Part shown: piece after piece, positions 1-13,246 of the stretch | Position numbering within the stretch: the first letter of the stretch is position 1 | How the letters are laid out: each line of letters opens with the position of its first letter | Assembly (NCBI GenBank): GCA_032718475.1 | Contig: JAUCBJ010001485.1 | Span: forward strand, 1 to 50,302 | Direction: 5' to 3' | Source: Nemertoderma westbladi | Lineage: Eukaryota > Animalia > Xenacoelomorpha | Length of the DNA: 50,302 nucleotides | Translations under genes and position numbers: made by a program | Notes under the pieces: generated by a model | The model's input: the letters and a program-made list of their open reading frames with translations, nothing else | Told to the model about the DNA's origin: nothing | Databases searched by the model: none

Positions 1-147
1 ATTTGTTATAAAGTATCGGAAGAAAGAACTATTGAAATAAATATGTTAATGTTAATGCTACGACTCACACGGGTTAGATCTACAAAATAATATAGCGCAT
101 GCCACACCACTTTGATTGAACCGGAATGCTAATTAGCCCACCAGTAC

Positions 148-1934
148 TTACCACCACATGGTATTGCAGGACATTGCTTTCGCCATGAGCACCAGCCAGT
201 GCATAATCTTGTGCTTTGGCAGCCTCATGGAGTGAATAAGCATGGTGGACAGCCCATAACTTACCACCTCTACTGCTCTTAATAATCGGACCTTAAGTTT
301 CTGATTAATTCTATGTGACCTCCAAATCATGGAAAGCCCATTCAAGGCTGCCCAGCCCAAGCCTTCCCTTATGTATTCGAAGGTCCTTACCTGACTTGGG
401 TAGCCATGATCCCAGGTAACAGAAGTCGTCCACCTACATGCTCAATTTGAGCTTATGTTTGGGCTTACGTTAGTTTTATTAGTTTGAGCTTATGCTCATC
501 CGGTCAGAGACTTGCTGAGAACTTTCAAAGTTAACTTCTAAATGTTGGTCTTTTTGGGAGATAATAACAAGATTAACACTAGAAGCTGTCTGTTCTAATG
601 AGCTGATGCTCCCTCTGGTGATTCTGAGAGTACTCCTAAGTCATCAGGAAAGTCTAGATCAGTTAGGTACTTGGCAGGATTTACTCGACTTCTTCAGCCA
701 GTAGGTGGAGTTACCATTACCTCATCATCATTATGATGATCTAAGGACATGCATAGAACATAGTCAACCACAACTATGAACAAGAATGGCGCAAGTGTAT
801 CTCCCTGGAGGACTCCCCATAACACTGGTTCTGTGTTCAGTTCTGTGTCCTTTCACCCCATGATGGTGTCTGTTTTGTCAGTAATGTCAGTAATAGTTTT
901 GCATGCAAGGCTGTGGCTAGAGTTGCATGGTTCATTAGTGGTATTGTTTGTGTGTGTTTGTGATGGGATTTTGCTTTTGGATAGTATTAGTACTAGTAAT
1001 GTGGGGTTCATTGTGACTATGCAGAAAGTCAACATAACATAGTCAACCACAATTATGAACAAGAATGGTGCTTGTGTATCTCCCTGGAGGAGCCCCTATC
1101 ACACTTCGTATACAGATCTATCGGACTGAACTATCGTATACTGATCTGATTGCTGCAATAATTTCATCAGGAATCCCATATAATGAAAGTATGCTGAACA
1201 TACATGAGCGTGAGACTAAATCAAAGGCCTTGAAGAAGTCAACAAAGATAACAGCAATATGCCTGTCTTTATTTTTTGATATTTGTTCAATTATCCTTCT
1301 AAGTGCCAAAATGGGCTCCATTGTCCCACGACTTTTACGGAACCCATTCTGATTTCATTTCCACGGAGCAGTCTCTCAATGGGATCCCTGATGCGATTTA
1401 ATATAATTCTATTGTATAGTTTTGCAGGAAACGAGATTAATGAGATTCCCCGAAAAGAACCATAGAGTGTTAGGTTGCCCTTCTTGGGAACTGGCACCAA
1501 CTTATTTGTTTTCATTTCTTGTGGGACTCTTGTTGTTCTGTACATGTCTACTATGATGGGATAGATGAGTTTTAAACACTCAGGTATTTTAAAGACCTCA
1601 GGAGGAACACCATATACTCCACTGGCATGATTGGTTTTATTGCTCTTTGCAGCAGCTTTCACTTCAGCAAAGGAGATATCGCCAATGGGAATATCTTGGA
1701 GTCAGACACTTTTACTTTTATAAAGTTATTGGACAATATCCTGACATTATTGAGGAGCTTTTTAAAGTGGGCCTTCCAACCATTGCATTGAGTCGATCGG
1801 CCTGTGATTCTGCCTTAACCTTGGTGGTTGGTTGGCTTTTCTGCACAGTAAACAAGTTGATCGATTTCCATGCCTGGGATGATTGCCTGCTGTCGTCGGC
1901 ATCATTGATGGCATCAACCTATTGTATGTATCAA
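148..1934 (-). mobile_element. Degenerate RTE-like non-LTR retrotransposon, RT and C-terminal part (left half, interrupted by a Gypsy element)
   Basis: Minus-strand frames give LINE RT motifs: WKAHFKKLLN, PVPKKGNL..FRGISLISFPAKLYNRIILNRIR, IFVDFFKAFD, GVLQGDTLAPFLFIVVVDYVL (~757-820), YLTDLDFPDD (~640-670) and WAALNGLSMIWRS. There are multiple stops and frameshifts. Confidence 0.85.
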
Positions 1935-4900
1935 CCCCCCCCCAAGATCGATGAAATCTGTCAATACCGATATGAGGCGATCTTAATAAGAGTTTGAGTG
2001 GAATCACTGCGTCTGAATCTTAGTTCTACAACTACGTCTGAGTGGTACATCATTCTCCAAAGTCTTGCCATCACAAAGTGTTGTGTCATATCCGGTTGGT
2101 TGTATGGTATTATCGCGGGAGATTGTTGCTGGTTTCTCTGTCAATGGATCTTCATGGATACATGGAGCTATCCTTAGGAAACAACGATTTCTTAGCAATA
2201 CTCGCCCTGAAGGTAGAAGGATGTAGTAGCTTCTATTATTGTTACAAACTTGAGTTATCCTCCCAATTCTGTCCCATTTTCTAGTGTTGAAGTCTTGAAT
2301 GAACAGATAGTCTTGATAGCCAATGGTTTAAGGGAATGCGAGTGAGTGTGAGTCGTAATATTGTTTATAGTTATATTGTTGTGATTCAGCAACACTATTG
2401 TCAATGTAATCTTGGACTTGACGCCAATTCGTATCTAAAGCACCGGTGAAGGCTGGTAGACGAGTTCGCATATTTCGACTGTAAAGGAGGACTGAGGGGG
2501 AAGGTGGAGGGTGTGTTTCTCCACTCGAGAACGCCTTCATTGAATGCTCGATTGTCGAAATTTCCCAAGCCGGAACTGCATTTTTTAAGTAGAGCTTTCA
2601 TGCTCTTCTGCAGCCTCTGCTACTCCATTGCTTTGTGCATATCCTGCACTGCTGATTATATGTCTGATGTTCCAGTTTTTACAGAATACTGCAAATTCAT
2701 CAGAAGTGAATTGACTCCCGCCATCTGTTCTTAATATAATAGGGACCCCCGTCCCGTATCACTGAAGTATTGCTGCATGCTGGCTATCGTTGTGCTTGAT
2801 GTTGTTGGTGGTTTGGTATAATTTGCTACTATAGACCAACCACTAAATCGGTCTATGTAAATAAGGTGGTTACGACTGCCATGTGAGAAAAAATCTGCCG
2901 ACGTCTGCTCAAAAGGACAATGTGGTAGTGTTTCAGTTTGCATTGGTTCTTTTGACTGACTTGGTGGTGGACTTGACATTCTGCACAAGCTTCAATTGTG
3001 TTTACAACATCACTGCAAATACCTGGCCAATAATATAGTTGGCGCATCCGTTCTAGTGAGCACCTCAACCCTTGGTGTGCCATGTGAAGTCTAACTAATA
3101 TTTCCCTGCATGCATTAGCTGGTACTACAATTCGATTCCCCAATAGAACAAGGCCATTGATTACAGCATAGTGTTTTATAGTATTCTTGTGAAGCTTTAA
3201 CTCAGTGGGAATGTTGTCTTGTTTGTTTCGAATTGTTTCAACCAATAGCTTGTATTCATTGTCATCATGGGCTGCTTCGTAGAGGATAATGTGCTGGATC
3301 AATATCTTTGTTTCTTTCACTGAGAATGCTTCTCATCTTAAGATTTATTTCATCAGCAAAGATGTTATCACCAGTATTTGTGTTGGTTACAGGCTTTCTT
3401 GATAAGGCATCCGCGATACCATTGGATTTACCAGTGATCCATTCAGCCTTTAAATTATACCCGATGATCTTCTCCTTAATTCTTTGAAGCCTTAAAATGT
3501 CAATCATATGTAGTTGTTTATTATTTAGGATGGATATCAGAGGCTTATGGTCGGTCTTAATGGTGAATAATGGACATCCTTGTAAGTATATCTTACATTT
3601 TTTTAATGGCCCACTGACAGGCCAATAATTCTCATTCCACAACTGCCCAGTTTGATTCTGCTTAACTCACAAACCGGCTGCCACATGTAATAAGTCGGTA
3701 CTCACCCTGGTAATCTTGTGTGAGCGTGAAGCCAATAGCACATTTTGATGCATCAGTGTATAGGACAGTGCTTGCTTTGATGTTAAAAGGGGATAATGTT
3801 GGAGTTTGTGTTAAGGTTTGTTTAATGGATTTGAATTAGCTCTCATGTTCTCAAGTCCAAAAATAAGCGTTTTTCGAGCTCAGTAGTCCCTTCAAAGGTG
3901 CTGCCAAAGTTGTGAGTTTATCACTGAACATAGACATTGGTTGATCAAACCAAAAAAACGATCTAAGCTCTGAAATGTTCTTTGGCGATTCAAATTTTTG
4001 TATTGCTTCAATCTTGACAGGATTATTTCTTATTGCTCTCTCTGCCAATGCGCAAACCGACGAATTCAACTCAGGTTGTCCAAATATGAATTTTTGTTTT
4101 GAAAGCGTTATTTTGTATTTCCTACACCATTCTAGAATGCGTCTTACAATATTGATGTGGTCATCTAATGTTAAAGTGTGAAATAAGACATCATCTACCA
4201 TTTTCTCAGTGCAGGGTATGCCTTCGATTGCAGTGTCTCCCCACATGCAAAATGTATCACCTGCTGAATTGAGACCCATTGGTGATCAAGAAAATAGTAG
4301 CAACCCCAAGGTGTTAAGAAGGTTGTTAGATGTTGGCTTTCACTGGATATAGGTATTTGCCAATACCCTTGTACGGCATCCATGGTAGTGAAGTATTGTG
4401 CATTAGGGGTATGACTGGCAACAATATCTTTTGCACATGGGAAAGGGTGAATAGGGCGTTCTACGAATTGATTTAGCTTTGAGTAATCTAAGCATATACG
4501 TACCCCACCATGTGGTTTTTGTACTACAACCATTGGTGTAACCCATTGTGGTGGTGAAGATTGAGGATCGACTTTCTTTATGACACCCAGATACTCTAAC
4601 CTTACGAGTTCAGCCTTTGTGTCAGACTCAAGATGCACAGGTATTTTCCGACCAGTATATATCTTGAAAGGAATCGCATTAGGTTTGATATGGATTTTCA
4701 TAGGAGGGATATCCATTGGATTGAATTCTGATGTGTCAAAGACATCTGAAAATTCTCGTAGTAGCTCATCATGTATGGAATTGTTGATTCTGACAGCATT
4801 CACCTGTGAAACGACTTGTATTAGTACAGGATATGAATCTGGTATGATATGTAGTATCTTTAATGTGTACCATGGCAGAATGAACGTTCCAGCTATTGTT

Positions 4901-6721
4901 GTTACCATGGCTTTGATTGACATTTGCATGCCATAATACTCGATTTGAAGCTCAATGATGACGCAAGATTGTATTAATTGCATATTTGCTGCATAAACTT
5001 GAGGCATGGTGTGTCAATAAATTTAGTCATGTTGTGCTCTTGAATTAGTTTATATGGCATGATGGCTGCATTGGCACCTGTATCAGGTAGAGCTTCACAT
5101 GAAAATGAGTAACCATGGCATTTTGCTGTTATTTTTACCACTGGTGATTGAGATAGACCTCGAGCTGTTGTGTTTCGATCATGAATAATTGTCATGTGGG
5201 CATTATTTGGGACTCTATAAATGGTATTTTCCTCTTGAAAGGTAATGGTGTTTATGTAGTGGGATGGTCCGTATGGAGCGGAATTATTATCTGTGAAGTG
5301 ATAATCATATGGAGCGGGATTGTTATCTGTTAAGTGATGATCCTGGTTTTGAAAGGTATTTGTATCATCGTTTTGTTGAATTTGGAATGCGGCTCCATCA
5401 ATTTCATGAACTTGATGTCCTGTTCTGCAAACATTCCTTAAATGGCCTATCTTTCCACATGTTGAACATTTGGAATACTTAGCGGGACATTTGTTTCTAT
5501 CCCAGCATGTGGGACTCCCACACCCATAACAATAAAATTTTGGCTTTTGTTTTACATTACCTTTAGGGTATTGCATCAATGTTTTATGTGGGAGGTTCTA
5601 TAGAGCTTGTAAGGCTTCAGCTGCGTCGCCATCAGAAGGTAAATTCTGCTGCAGAACTTTAAAAGCCTGAGAACTTCTAAAGCCTGAGAGATGATACTTT
5701 GATCATTAATTTTGTGTGCTTGCTGTAGAGTGCTTTAAGTGCAGACGTTTCATTTTCAGCTAGTTCGAATGCTGTGCAGACAGACATTATATTAGCTAAG
5801 GTATAGTTATCTTTGGTTAAGGCAAATAGCTTCCTTTGAAGTTCCATGTTGCTAACACAGGAGCATATCTGTGTTATCATCTGATTACAGGCACAGTCGC
5901 ATGCTGTATTAGGCTCTGAAGTTCCTGGAATTCTTGAAGCCATAGGTAAAATGATTCAAATGACTCACGTTGTTCTTGGTTGCATCGTGCGAAGTCAACT
6001 CGCTGTATTGTATGATGCTGTATTTCTCTGCAAAGTATTTTTCAAGAATTGTTAAGATTTCGTTAACAGATAAGTTTGCCACTGAAGTTACACCAAGTGT
6101 AAGCCGCATTTTGGTCAAATGTTTTCTTCGAAGCATGATCTAAGTTGGCCGCGTTATGCTTCTTGAGATTTCTGTCCATGTTATTTGCTGTATAAAAGTC
6201 TAGAAATTTGTCTCGCCACGATTTGAAACCCATCAGCGTTGACATACAAACCAAAGGGGCAGGTTGACATGTTCTATCGATTCTGATGGTGGGGCCAGGG
6301 CCGTTATTGGGGCGTTGCAGGAGCTTGCGCTGACTGGTATTTGTATTGAAATTCTTCCAATTGGCTCTCTATCTGGATGAGTTCATCACCACGAGTTTTG
6401 ATTCGCTGTGAGTGGATGTCATCTTGGTTAGGCTGCTCGAGGGAACAAACTATGACATGTTGGTCCTCATATTTACTGATGCTCGTTTGTAGAGCTTTGA
6501 ACAGTCGCTCAATGGTATGAACATCGAATATTCGTAGTTGTCCTGCGGGTAGACTGTTAAACTTGTTGAAGTTATCATCGTAGCATCGACGAGCTGTCTT
6601 TATCTTTCCATAAAATGATGCGCGAGAATTTTTAGACGTAGCTATAATTTTATGCTCATCTGCCATTGTATAATGTGTTAAAGCCTACTGTATAGTGTAT
6701 AATAGGGGTAATATTAGTAAA

Positions 6722-6733
6722 CTCGCAACGCCA
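6722..6733 (-). promoter_or_regulatory. tRNA primer-binding site TGGCGTTGCGAG
   Basis: A TGG motif directly abuts the LTR end. It resembles tRNA-Ser-type PBSs, but the tRNA identity is not verified. Confidence 0.6.
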
Positions 6734-7002
6734 TGTTTGGGCTTGAAAACAATGTAATAGAGTAAGTAATGTGAATAATATATATTGACTACATTTGATA
6801 CACTTCTCTGTTATATACAACCAATACACAATATATAATAGTAATAGTAATTACAGTATGTAATAATTAACTTTCATACAGGTCATACTGTAGGTACCCA
6901 ACACCAGTTAATAATTATCTCTAATATTATTATAAGTATTGATTAAGACCACAACTGTCCCACCTATCATACCTATAGTTTATCATATTGTGGTACTCAA
7001 CA
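6734..7002 (-). repeat. Probable 5' LTR of the Mag-like element (~269 bp)
   Basis: The minus strand starts TGTTG and ends AAACA, and is immediately followed by a TGG-starting PBS and then the gag ATG at 6666. There is no second LTR to confirm the ends. Confidence 0.7.
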
Positions 7003-7460
7003 CAGCCTTAACTGCATTCTTGGCCACTGTGTCTGTTTGAGTCAGGACTCTTTCTGTGCCTTATAGAGGTCATTTTTGCACTTCCGAATTTTGTGGTCAG
7101 TCCAGGGGGTCTTTTTCCTGTTTCGAGGGTATACAGGAACGGTCTCTGCAGCTGCTAACTTAACTGCTTCTGTGAAGGCAGTATAGCCCTCACAGTGATC
7201 TATTGCCTCAGAGGCAAGAACCTCATACTTGTTGCTCATCTGTTTGTGCCTGTGATTTCGTTGTTCTGCTAGCATGCAGACGAAGTCTTACCTTGGCCAC
7301 AATAAGGCAGTGATCACTGGGGAAGGGTCGAAGTGTAAATGCATTGTAGTCTTGTAGCTCCTGTATTTCCTACAAAACAGACACCATCCTATATTATTAA
7401 TTTGAGCACGACACCCTGAATTGAACTGTTTGTACATTCCCTTTAAGCTCGTATCATTGT
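7003..7460 (-). mobile_element. RTE-like LINE, APE endonuclease end and linker (right half of the element at 148-1934)
   Basis: The frames FNSGCRAQI, RPFPSDHCLIVAKVRLRL and SNKYEVL..AAAETVP..KKTPW are collinear with the RT part left of the Gypsy insertion. Confidence 0.75.
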
Positions 7461-7613
7461 CAGGTATAGTATTGCGAGAATCAATCGACTGATAATGCTG
7501 GAATGTCAATATTTATCAGACTCCCTTTGGGTCATACCCCATGCAAGCTTAGTTAGTAAAAGTAATTGATGTAAAAAAGCGTAAACAACTTTTATACGGG
7601 GGGGGGGGGGGAG

Positions 7614-7890
7614 ATCTGGACATTGACGAAATCACTTGAACAACTAATTTTCGTTGTTGTTGTACAAGACTACTAAGGGCGAAACTAAATATCAGCTGGA
7701 GAAAACACATGACAAACGTAAAGGTAAAGTCATGTCAGATTTACATTTCTGGAAACCGAAAAGGTATGTTTTCCCATAGTCGACCAGCAATGATATATGT
7801 AGACCAACTTGAAAGGGTTACTAAACTTTAGAGAAACGAAATACTGACAACTATGAAGAATCGGGAAGCCTAGAGGAATCTAATTTCTGA
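7614..7890 (+). mobile_element. 3' fragment of a second RTE-like LINE
   Basis: WTLTKSLEQ..CTRLLRAKLNISWRKHMTN and RPAMIYVDQLERVT..TTMKNREA are typical RTE C-terminal motifs. Confidence 0.65.
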
Positions 7891-7981
7891 ACTAGCTCGA
7901 CCTAGTAATAGTAAATAATACTTATATATAATACCAAACTGAAGGCTGGGGTCATCAATGGTAAATTATAATATATTTCAG

Positions 7982-8176
7982 TGGAAAATTGCACTACAAG
8001 TGCTGGACCTCGACCATTCCGGAACTGTGTCTTCCCATTCAAGAAGAACGGTATCGAGTACATGTTTTGTCCAGTAGAACCCGAGACCCAGGCCTGGTGT
8101 GCAACCGAAGTAGACATCAATAACAACTTTGTTCCGGGTTCCGTTAATTGGGGATTTTGTTCCTCCAACTGTCCCT
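7982..8176 (+). CDS. Host gene exon encoding a fibronectin type II module (phase 1-1, 195 nt)
   Basis: It has a tttcAG acceptor and GTAAGT donor. The translation ENCTTSAGPRPFRNCVFPFKKNGIEYMFCPVEPETQAWCATEVDINNNFVPGSVNWGFCSSNCP carries the FN2 signature CxFPF..Y..C..WCAT..WG.C. Confidence 0.9.
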
Positions 8177-8385
8177 GTAAGTATTTATCAGTAATTATAC
8201 CTTCCATTTTTCTGTATAGAAAACGTGTATACAGAAACTGTATATGAAAACTGTATGTCTTGCACATAGACAGTAGTATCGTATATTATTAATGGTATAT
8301 AATCCAATCAATTTTCACATTAACATTTATTATTTTGTAATATATGTTTACATATAAATTTATAGCAATTTCCTTTTTCTGTGTG

Positions 8386-8730
8386 TAGAGAAATATCTCA
8401 GTTTAAAGCGTCTCTCTGGGCTCGGACTCAACGTGTGACCCCCCTGTAGAGAATTATCTCAGTTTTAAAGAGTCTCTCTGGGCTCGGACTCAACGTGTGA
8501 CCCCCCCCCCCCCCCCCCCCCCCCTGTAGAGAAATATCTCAGTTTAAAGAATCTCTCTGGGCTCAGACTCAACGTGTGACCCCCCTGTAGATAATTATCT
8601 CAGTTTTAAAGAGTCTCTCTGGGCTCGGACTCAACATGTGACCCCCCTGTAGAGAAATATCTCTGTAGAATCGAGTCTCTCTGGGCGCGGACTTACTACT
8701 ATAGTGACCCCTCTGTAGAAAAATATCTCA
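8386..8730. repeat. Minisatellite, ~60-bp unit, about 5.5 copies, one with an expanded poly-C
   Basis: The unit GTAGAGAAATATCTCAGTTTAAAGAGTCTCTCTGGGCTCGGACTCAACGTGTGACCCCCCT is repeated head to tail. Confidence 0.9.
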
Positions 8731-8736
8731 ATAAAG

Positions 8737-10230
8737 TCACGTCTGTCCGAGATTTAAACATTCACTTTTTTTCTCGCTGACGTGTTTTGAATATTTTAAC
8801 GGAATCCTCTCGCACTGACTGTGACTCATCAATACACTTGTTGTTACCAAACACATTAACAACAGTTCTAAATACAATGTTCTTGTTAACTGCCGTGTGA
8901 GCGTCACAGCCAAATCTAAACTCCGAGTTGACACAAAAGTGTTGGAGTAATGCAAGCGCTAGATCGTCGTAGATGTCGTCGTAGATCGAATCGTAGATGT
9001 GAGGAAGTGCAACTGTCCCATTCCTCGACCTTGTATAAATGTTGCCATTTAATAACACCGGGAGGAACAGTATATACCGTGCTATTAAGAGAGTATTTAA
9101 ATGACTTATTGATCTTAAACCATCCCATTGAAGCAAGGTTGTTTCGAATATTCTTAAGAATATGAACCGGTCATACATTAAGTGAGGCGCATTTATGTTT
9201 GTTACAGTTTGCTATAAGCAGCAACGTTAACAGGCGCATTATCACCAATAACAGCAAGCAAGTTAAATTTAGTTTGTGATATTAACTTTCTACATGTCTC
9301 AATCCCCGTCTTAATAACCTCTTTATTGGCAGTAACCACCGGAACAGCGTGAATAATAACTGGGATCGAGTGTTTCATTGACGACACCATATAACACATA
9401 AGTCCAGTGTAAAGTTTGTCCGAATCAGAATCTTTCCCATATAAATGTCCGTCGCTATACATTTCCTGCTGTTGCATATAATCTCATCCACGATCAACAC
9501 AACATCGTTAGAGATCTTTCCCGAGGTTCTGAGAGCAGTTAATGCAGTCATCGAGTCTACATTTCCAGATGTAATACTTCGGAGAAGTCTCAGCGAAGGA
9601 AGAGGGACTTGCGAGTATCTTATACGCATTAACCGAGGTGTACCGGAGTAGCAATGCGAATCTGATCTGCTCAGCCGTATACTTTGGGTGACCTTTAGGT
9701 TTGGACAACCTTAAGGCCAACAGACTCCGAATAACTGAGTCAGATTCATCCTTATTAGTCCGGCAGTAATTGAGTAGTTCGGAAATAACAGTTGTTGATG
9801 TTATTATACAGTTATGAGTTGCTCGCAACCATGATGGTAGTGGTAGTGGACATGAAGGTCATCATCAATAGTGAGACATTCGTGTACTGAAGGAATGCCT
9901 AAACTAAAGATCAACCAAAAGATCGACACGGAATTCTCATTGACTTTTACCTCGTACTCCTCAAACTCAATCGACGCCTCTAAATACAACTGGATATCAA
10001 TAAGAGACAAAACTCGAGTTCTCTTACTGAACTCTTCCATCTCATCCCGCTGATACACTCGTTTCAAGGGTTTTTTGAGTGACGCAGTTACTTGTTTTAT
10101 AGAGGATACAGGGATACAGGCCGGGTATATCGAAGGAAACGCACCGGATTTTAGCGTTAAACATTGGGCATTCCTTTTGATCCATTGATCCTCAAAATGT
10201 AAAATACACACCTTGGAGTGATCATTAATA
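8737..10230 (-). pseudogene. P-element/THAP9-like DNA transposase remnant (frameshifted, truncated)
   Basis: It has the THAP tail KVCILHF..LKSGAFPSI, FALLLRYTSVNAYKIL/PLPSLRLL, the catalytic LIVDE and AVIGDN, and the D(2)H motif D.VHILKNIRNNL (~9140-9175, frameshifted). Confidence 0.85.
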
Positions 10231-11039
10231 ATTAGGCCTACCGATAATACAGTAATAATACAATAGGCAGATAGGCCCTAATACAGTAATAAAAATATTT
10301 CGACGCCGGCCACCGGCTGCATCAACAGGCCGAGTGCAGCATCTCTATTACAGTATTATTGCTGTATGGCCAATACAGCATATTATTGCAAATTATGCAA
10401 TAATAACACTACACAGAAATAATACAGTAATACATAATAGACTACAGGACCGAGGCTATCAGATACCGGTAACTACTGAACTAACTGACTAACAGTGAGT
10501 GACAGTACAGTTGTAGGCATAAAACATAATAAAGGACAGACAAGCGACAGTGTAGAGAACTCCTGATTTCTCTTTAATTAATTTCTTTATTTAACTAAGT
10601 TATTAGAAGCTTCTTGTAGGAAGTAATTAAGAAACAACCATTATTTATAAAGAGAATCAAGTAGGCCCACTAAATTTAGTGGGCTGCTGCAGCATACCAG
10701 GTCGTATTATAGTAGGTCAAGCCTAACCATTCCGATAACGCCTCAGAGAAAGGTTGACCTGGAAATACTACTTTTTTTTTAAACCAAAACATAAAATTAA
10801 GATATATAATACAACTTCCAATGCGATAAGCCATTGGACATATCCACCTATACATATCAACCATAGTTATAAAGTTACTATAGAGTTCGAATTAATGTTG
10901 GAAACCAGGGAATCTTCATTGTCCTCTACGTCCATTAGATGTCAATGTTCGCATTTGCCATGCGAATGGGGGCCTCCCAGCAGACTTGTCAATGTCGAGC
11001 GGTGCATGCACCTCGGAGGCACATTAGCCTGTCCAGATT

Positions 11040-11560
11040 TTAGATATCGATGGAAAATTTATAATTCTGTTGTAATTCGCAGATGAACTGGCAAACTATT
11101 AATAAAAATAGTCGGTGCAGTGAAGGAAAAGCAGCGACCACCGTAAGACTTTGAGGGTCCAGAGATAATTCGATCTTGTAGCATAGTAAATAGGTTTCAA
11201 TTGTTTAGTAGTCGGGTAAATTATTATTTAAGGCCTTCCATATTATTTCGCTTAACATTTATTATATTGAAACACGAAAGCAATTGGACAACAAGCCAAT
11301 ATAGTGGCTTATGAGCCGTTTGCCATATACAAGCAATGACACTGGTACAGTAGTAGTAGTAGTAGTTTTTTGACGATAGTATAGGACGATATACAGTATA
11401 TTAAATAATGTACAGTAATACAGATCATCCAATGAATAAGTTGAAATCTTAGAACTCTAATGAACATCTCCAATAAAATAAGTTTCTCTATCTGTACTCT
11501 TTCAAGCACATAGCACAGTTCTGCTCCATCGGCCCTTTTCAATTCTAACGTTGTGTGACA
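11040..11560 (-). mobile_element. Highly decayed L2/CR1-type LINE 3' fragment (duplicated at ~14590-15110)
   Basis: Minus-strand YGGRCFSFTAPTIFINSLPVHLR..IFHRYLKS and PLYWL..IWKALNNNLPDY resemble the L2 ORF2 C-terminus. Confidence 0.55.
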
Positions 11561-11704
11561 TCAAGCGTAGTCTATAGAAACTGACACTCAAATAATTGGG
11601 TGCATACTGTAACTTATTTGTGTATAACGGATGCGTACTGAGGTCTGTCTGGATTGAGAATTTCCCTGTATGTACAAAATTTAGTCGCTGTGTCCAGCCT
11701 TTAA

Positions 11705-13246
11705 CCCTTTCCAGCCCAGTGCTTTAAAATAAGTGTGGGCCAATGCTCCGTAAAATTGGAAAAATTGAAAGTTTTATTCAGAAATGTCCATTTTACTTTT
11801 CTTACACAAAATGATCTGTAGATTCCGAATTTCTGGATGATTTTTAATTTTTTTCAAAGTTATCGATTTATTGATTAGTTATTGATTTTGATCAATTTAT
11901 TTATCAATTAATTGATTTGTACAATAGTTCATAATTAAAAATAATTTTTACATATTCTGACTTAAATTTTTATGTAGAATTTGAATTTCAAGTAAAAAAA
12001 CATTTTTGAGCAAAATTTATTGATTGATTGATCAATTATTGATTTTTATTTATCAATTTATTGATCGATTCTTTGATTCAATAAGAAAATATATTTCTTT
12101 ACATTTTTTGACCCAAAACATTATGTAGAAATCGAATTTCGAGATAAAAAAATATTTTTGATTTCGAGTTATTGATTTATTGATCAGTTATTGATTTTGG
12201 GTGAACAATTTATTGATCGATTTTTGTTTCAATAGGAAAACATATTTCTTTACATTTTCTCTCCCAAAAACTTTTTGTAGAAATATAATTTCGAGATAAA
12301 AAATATTTTTTATCACAAGTTATTGATTGATTGATCGGTTATTGATTTTGATTGATCGATTCTGATTGATTGATTCGACAGTGAGGCTGAAATGGATCCT
12401 GGTCTGGATCAATCGATTTCCAAACATTGGATTCAGGGAGCATAAAGCAGTCATCGTCGTCATCGCTACTACCGGTACCACTAACACTGTCGTCGTCACT
12501 GCCAGCTGTGTCAGCCTCACTACCATCTTCGTCTATGTCTTCATCTGAATCCACTCCCGAAAAACCATAAGAATGGGGTGGTTTTCGTTGCCGTACTGGG
12601 TATGGCATTCTCAGCCAATTTCCAACACTAGCTGACTAGGGCGTTAGGTCTAGTCCAGTAGTCGGCTACCGGTATATCCTACACGACTATATCCGGGTTG
12701 TTACATTCGCATGACAATACCGTAGTGTCCGACAGTCCGAAATTATAGCAAATTATAATGGCTGAATGGAAATATTACTACTTAGGGATGGACTATTTAG
12801 GGTTAGTACCTAGGTTACTTACCGGTAGGCAGTAACCAAAACAATAAACAAACATCTATTGGTGCAATAAGACAGCCTACAGGCCTACCAGTAACAGAAT
12901 CCAGACTTCGGTACCTTAGATAATGTCTAAACGTATGGGGGGGGGGGGGGGGGGCTAAGGGGAATACTGATGTATAACAAGTCGTATAAAGCCTTGAATG
13001 TACAATTGTACTGAACTGCAGTATCAATACAACACTCTAATAAGGCCTAAATAGGTTTGAATTTACCGCCAAAAGTTGGTGTGCAGCATATTATATTGCC
13101 TAGAAATGCTCCAACAGCTCACAGAACATCCCTAGTACTGCTCTACAAAACAAACAAGCCGTACATCTCAAAGGATAACCATGGCATAAATATATGCCAT
13201 GGAGCATTTAGTGGTGGCATAGATATATGCCATGGGCTGGAAAGGG
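11705..13246 (-). mobile_element. Non-autonomous piggyBac element (internally deleted)
   Basis: It has 14-bp terminal inverted repeats (TIRs) CCCTTTCCAGCCCA / TGGGCTGGAAAGGG at a TTAA-containing target, and the empty site is present in duplicate copy 2. It carries an acidic transposase-like N-terminal remnant (12339-12608), twin GGCATA.ATATATGCC palindromes near the right end, and AT-rich internal tandem repeats (~11800-12360). Confidence 0.9.

Larger units (their letters stand above)
1935..7002 (-). mobile_element. Degenerate Ty3/Gypsy LTR retrotransposon (Mag-like), 5' LTR present, 3' LTR missing
   Basis: Domain order is Gag (twin knuckle CYGCG..CPA..CSTCGKIGHLRNVC), protease (LPDTGA), RT (VRICLDYSKLN, DAVQGYWQI, MVDD), RNase H (TDHKPL..NGIADALSR), integrase (HMAHQG..CAEC, SADFF, IDRFSGW, LRNRCFLR). 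It is frameshifted, and a G9 polypurine tract lies at 1935-1943. Confidence 0.9.

Noticed and set aside
8386-8730. CRISPR-like array
   Set aside because: These are head-to-tail repeats without unique spacers, in a eukaryotic context with no cas genes. The same applies to 28428-28730 and 34255-34660.
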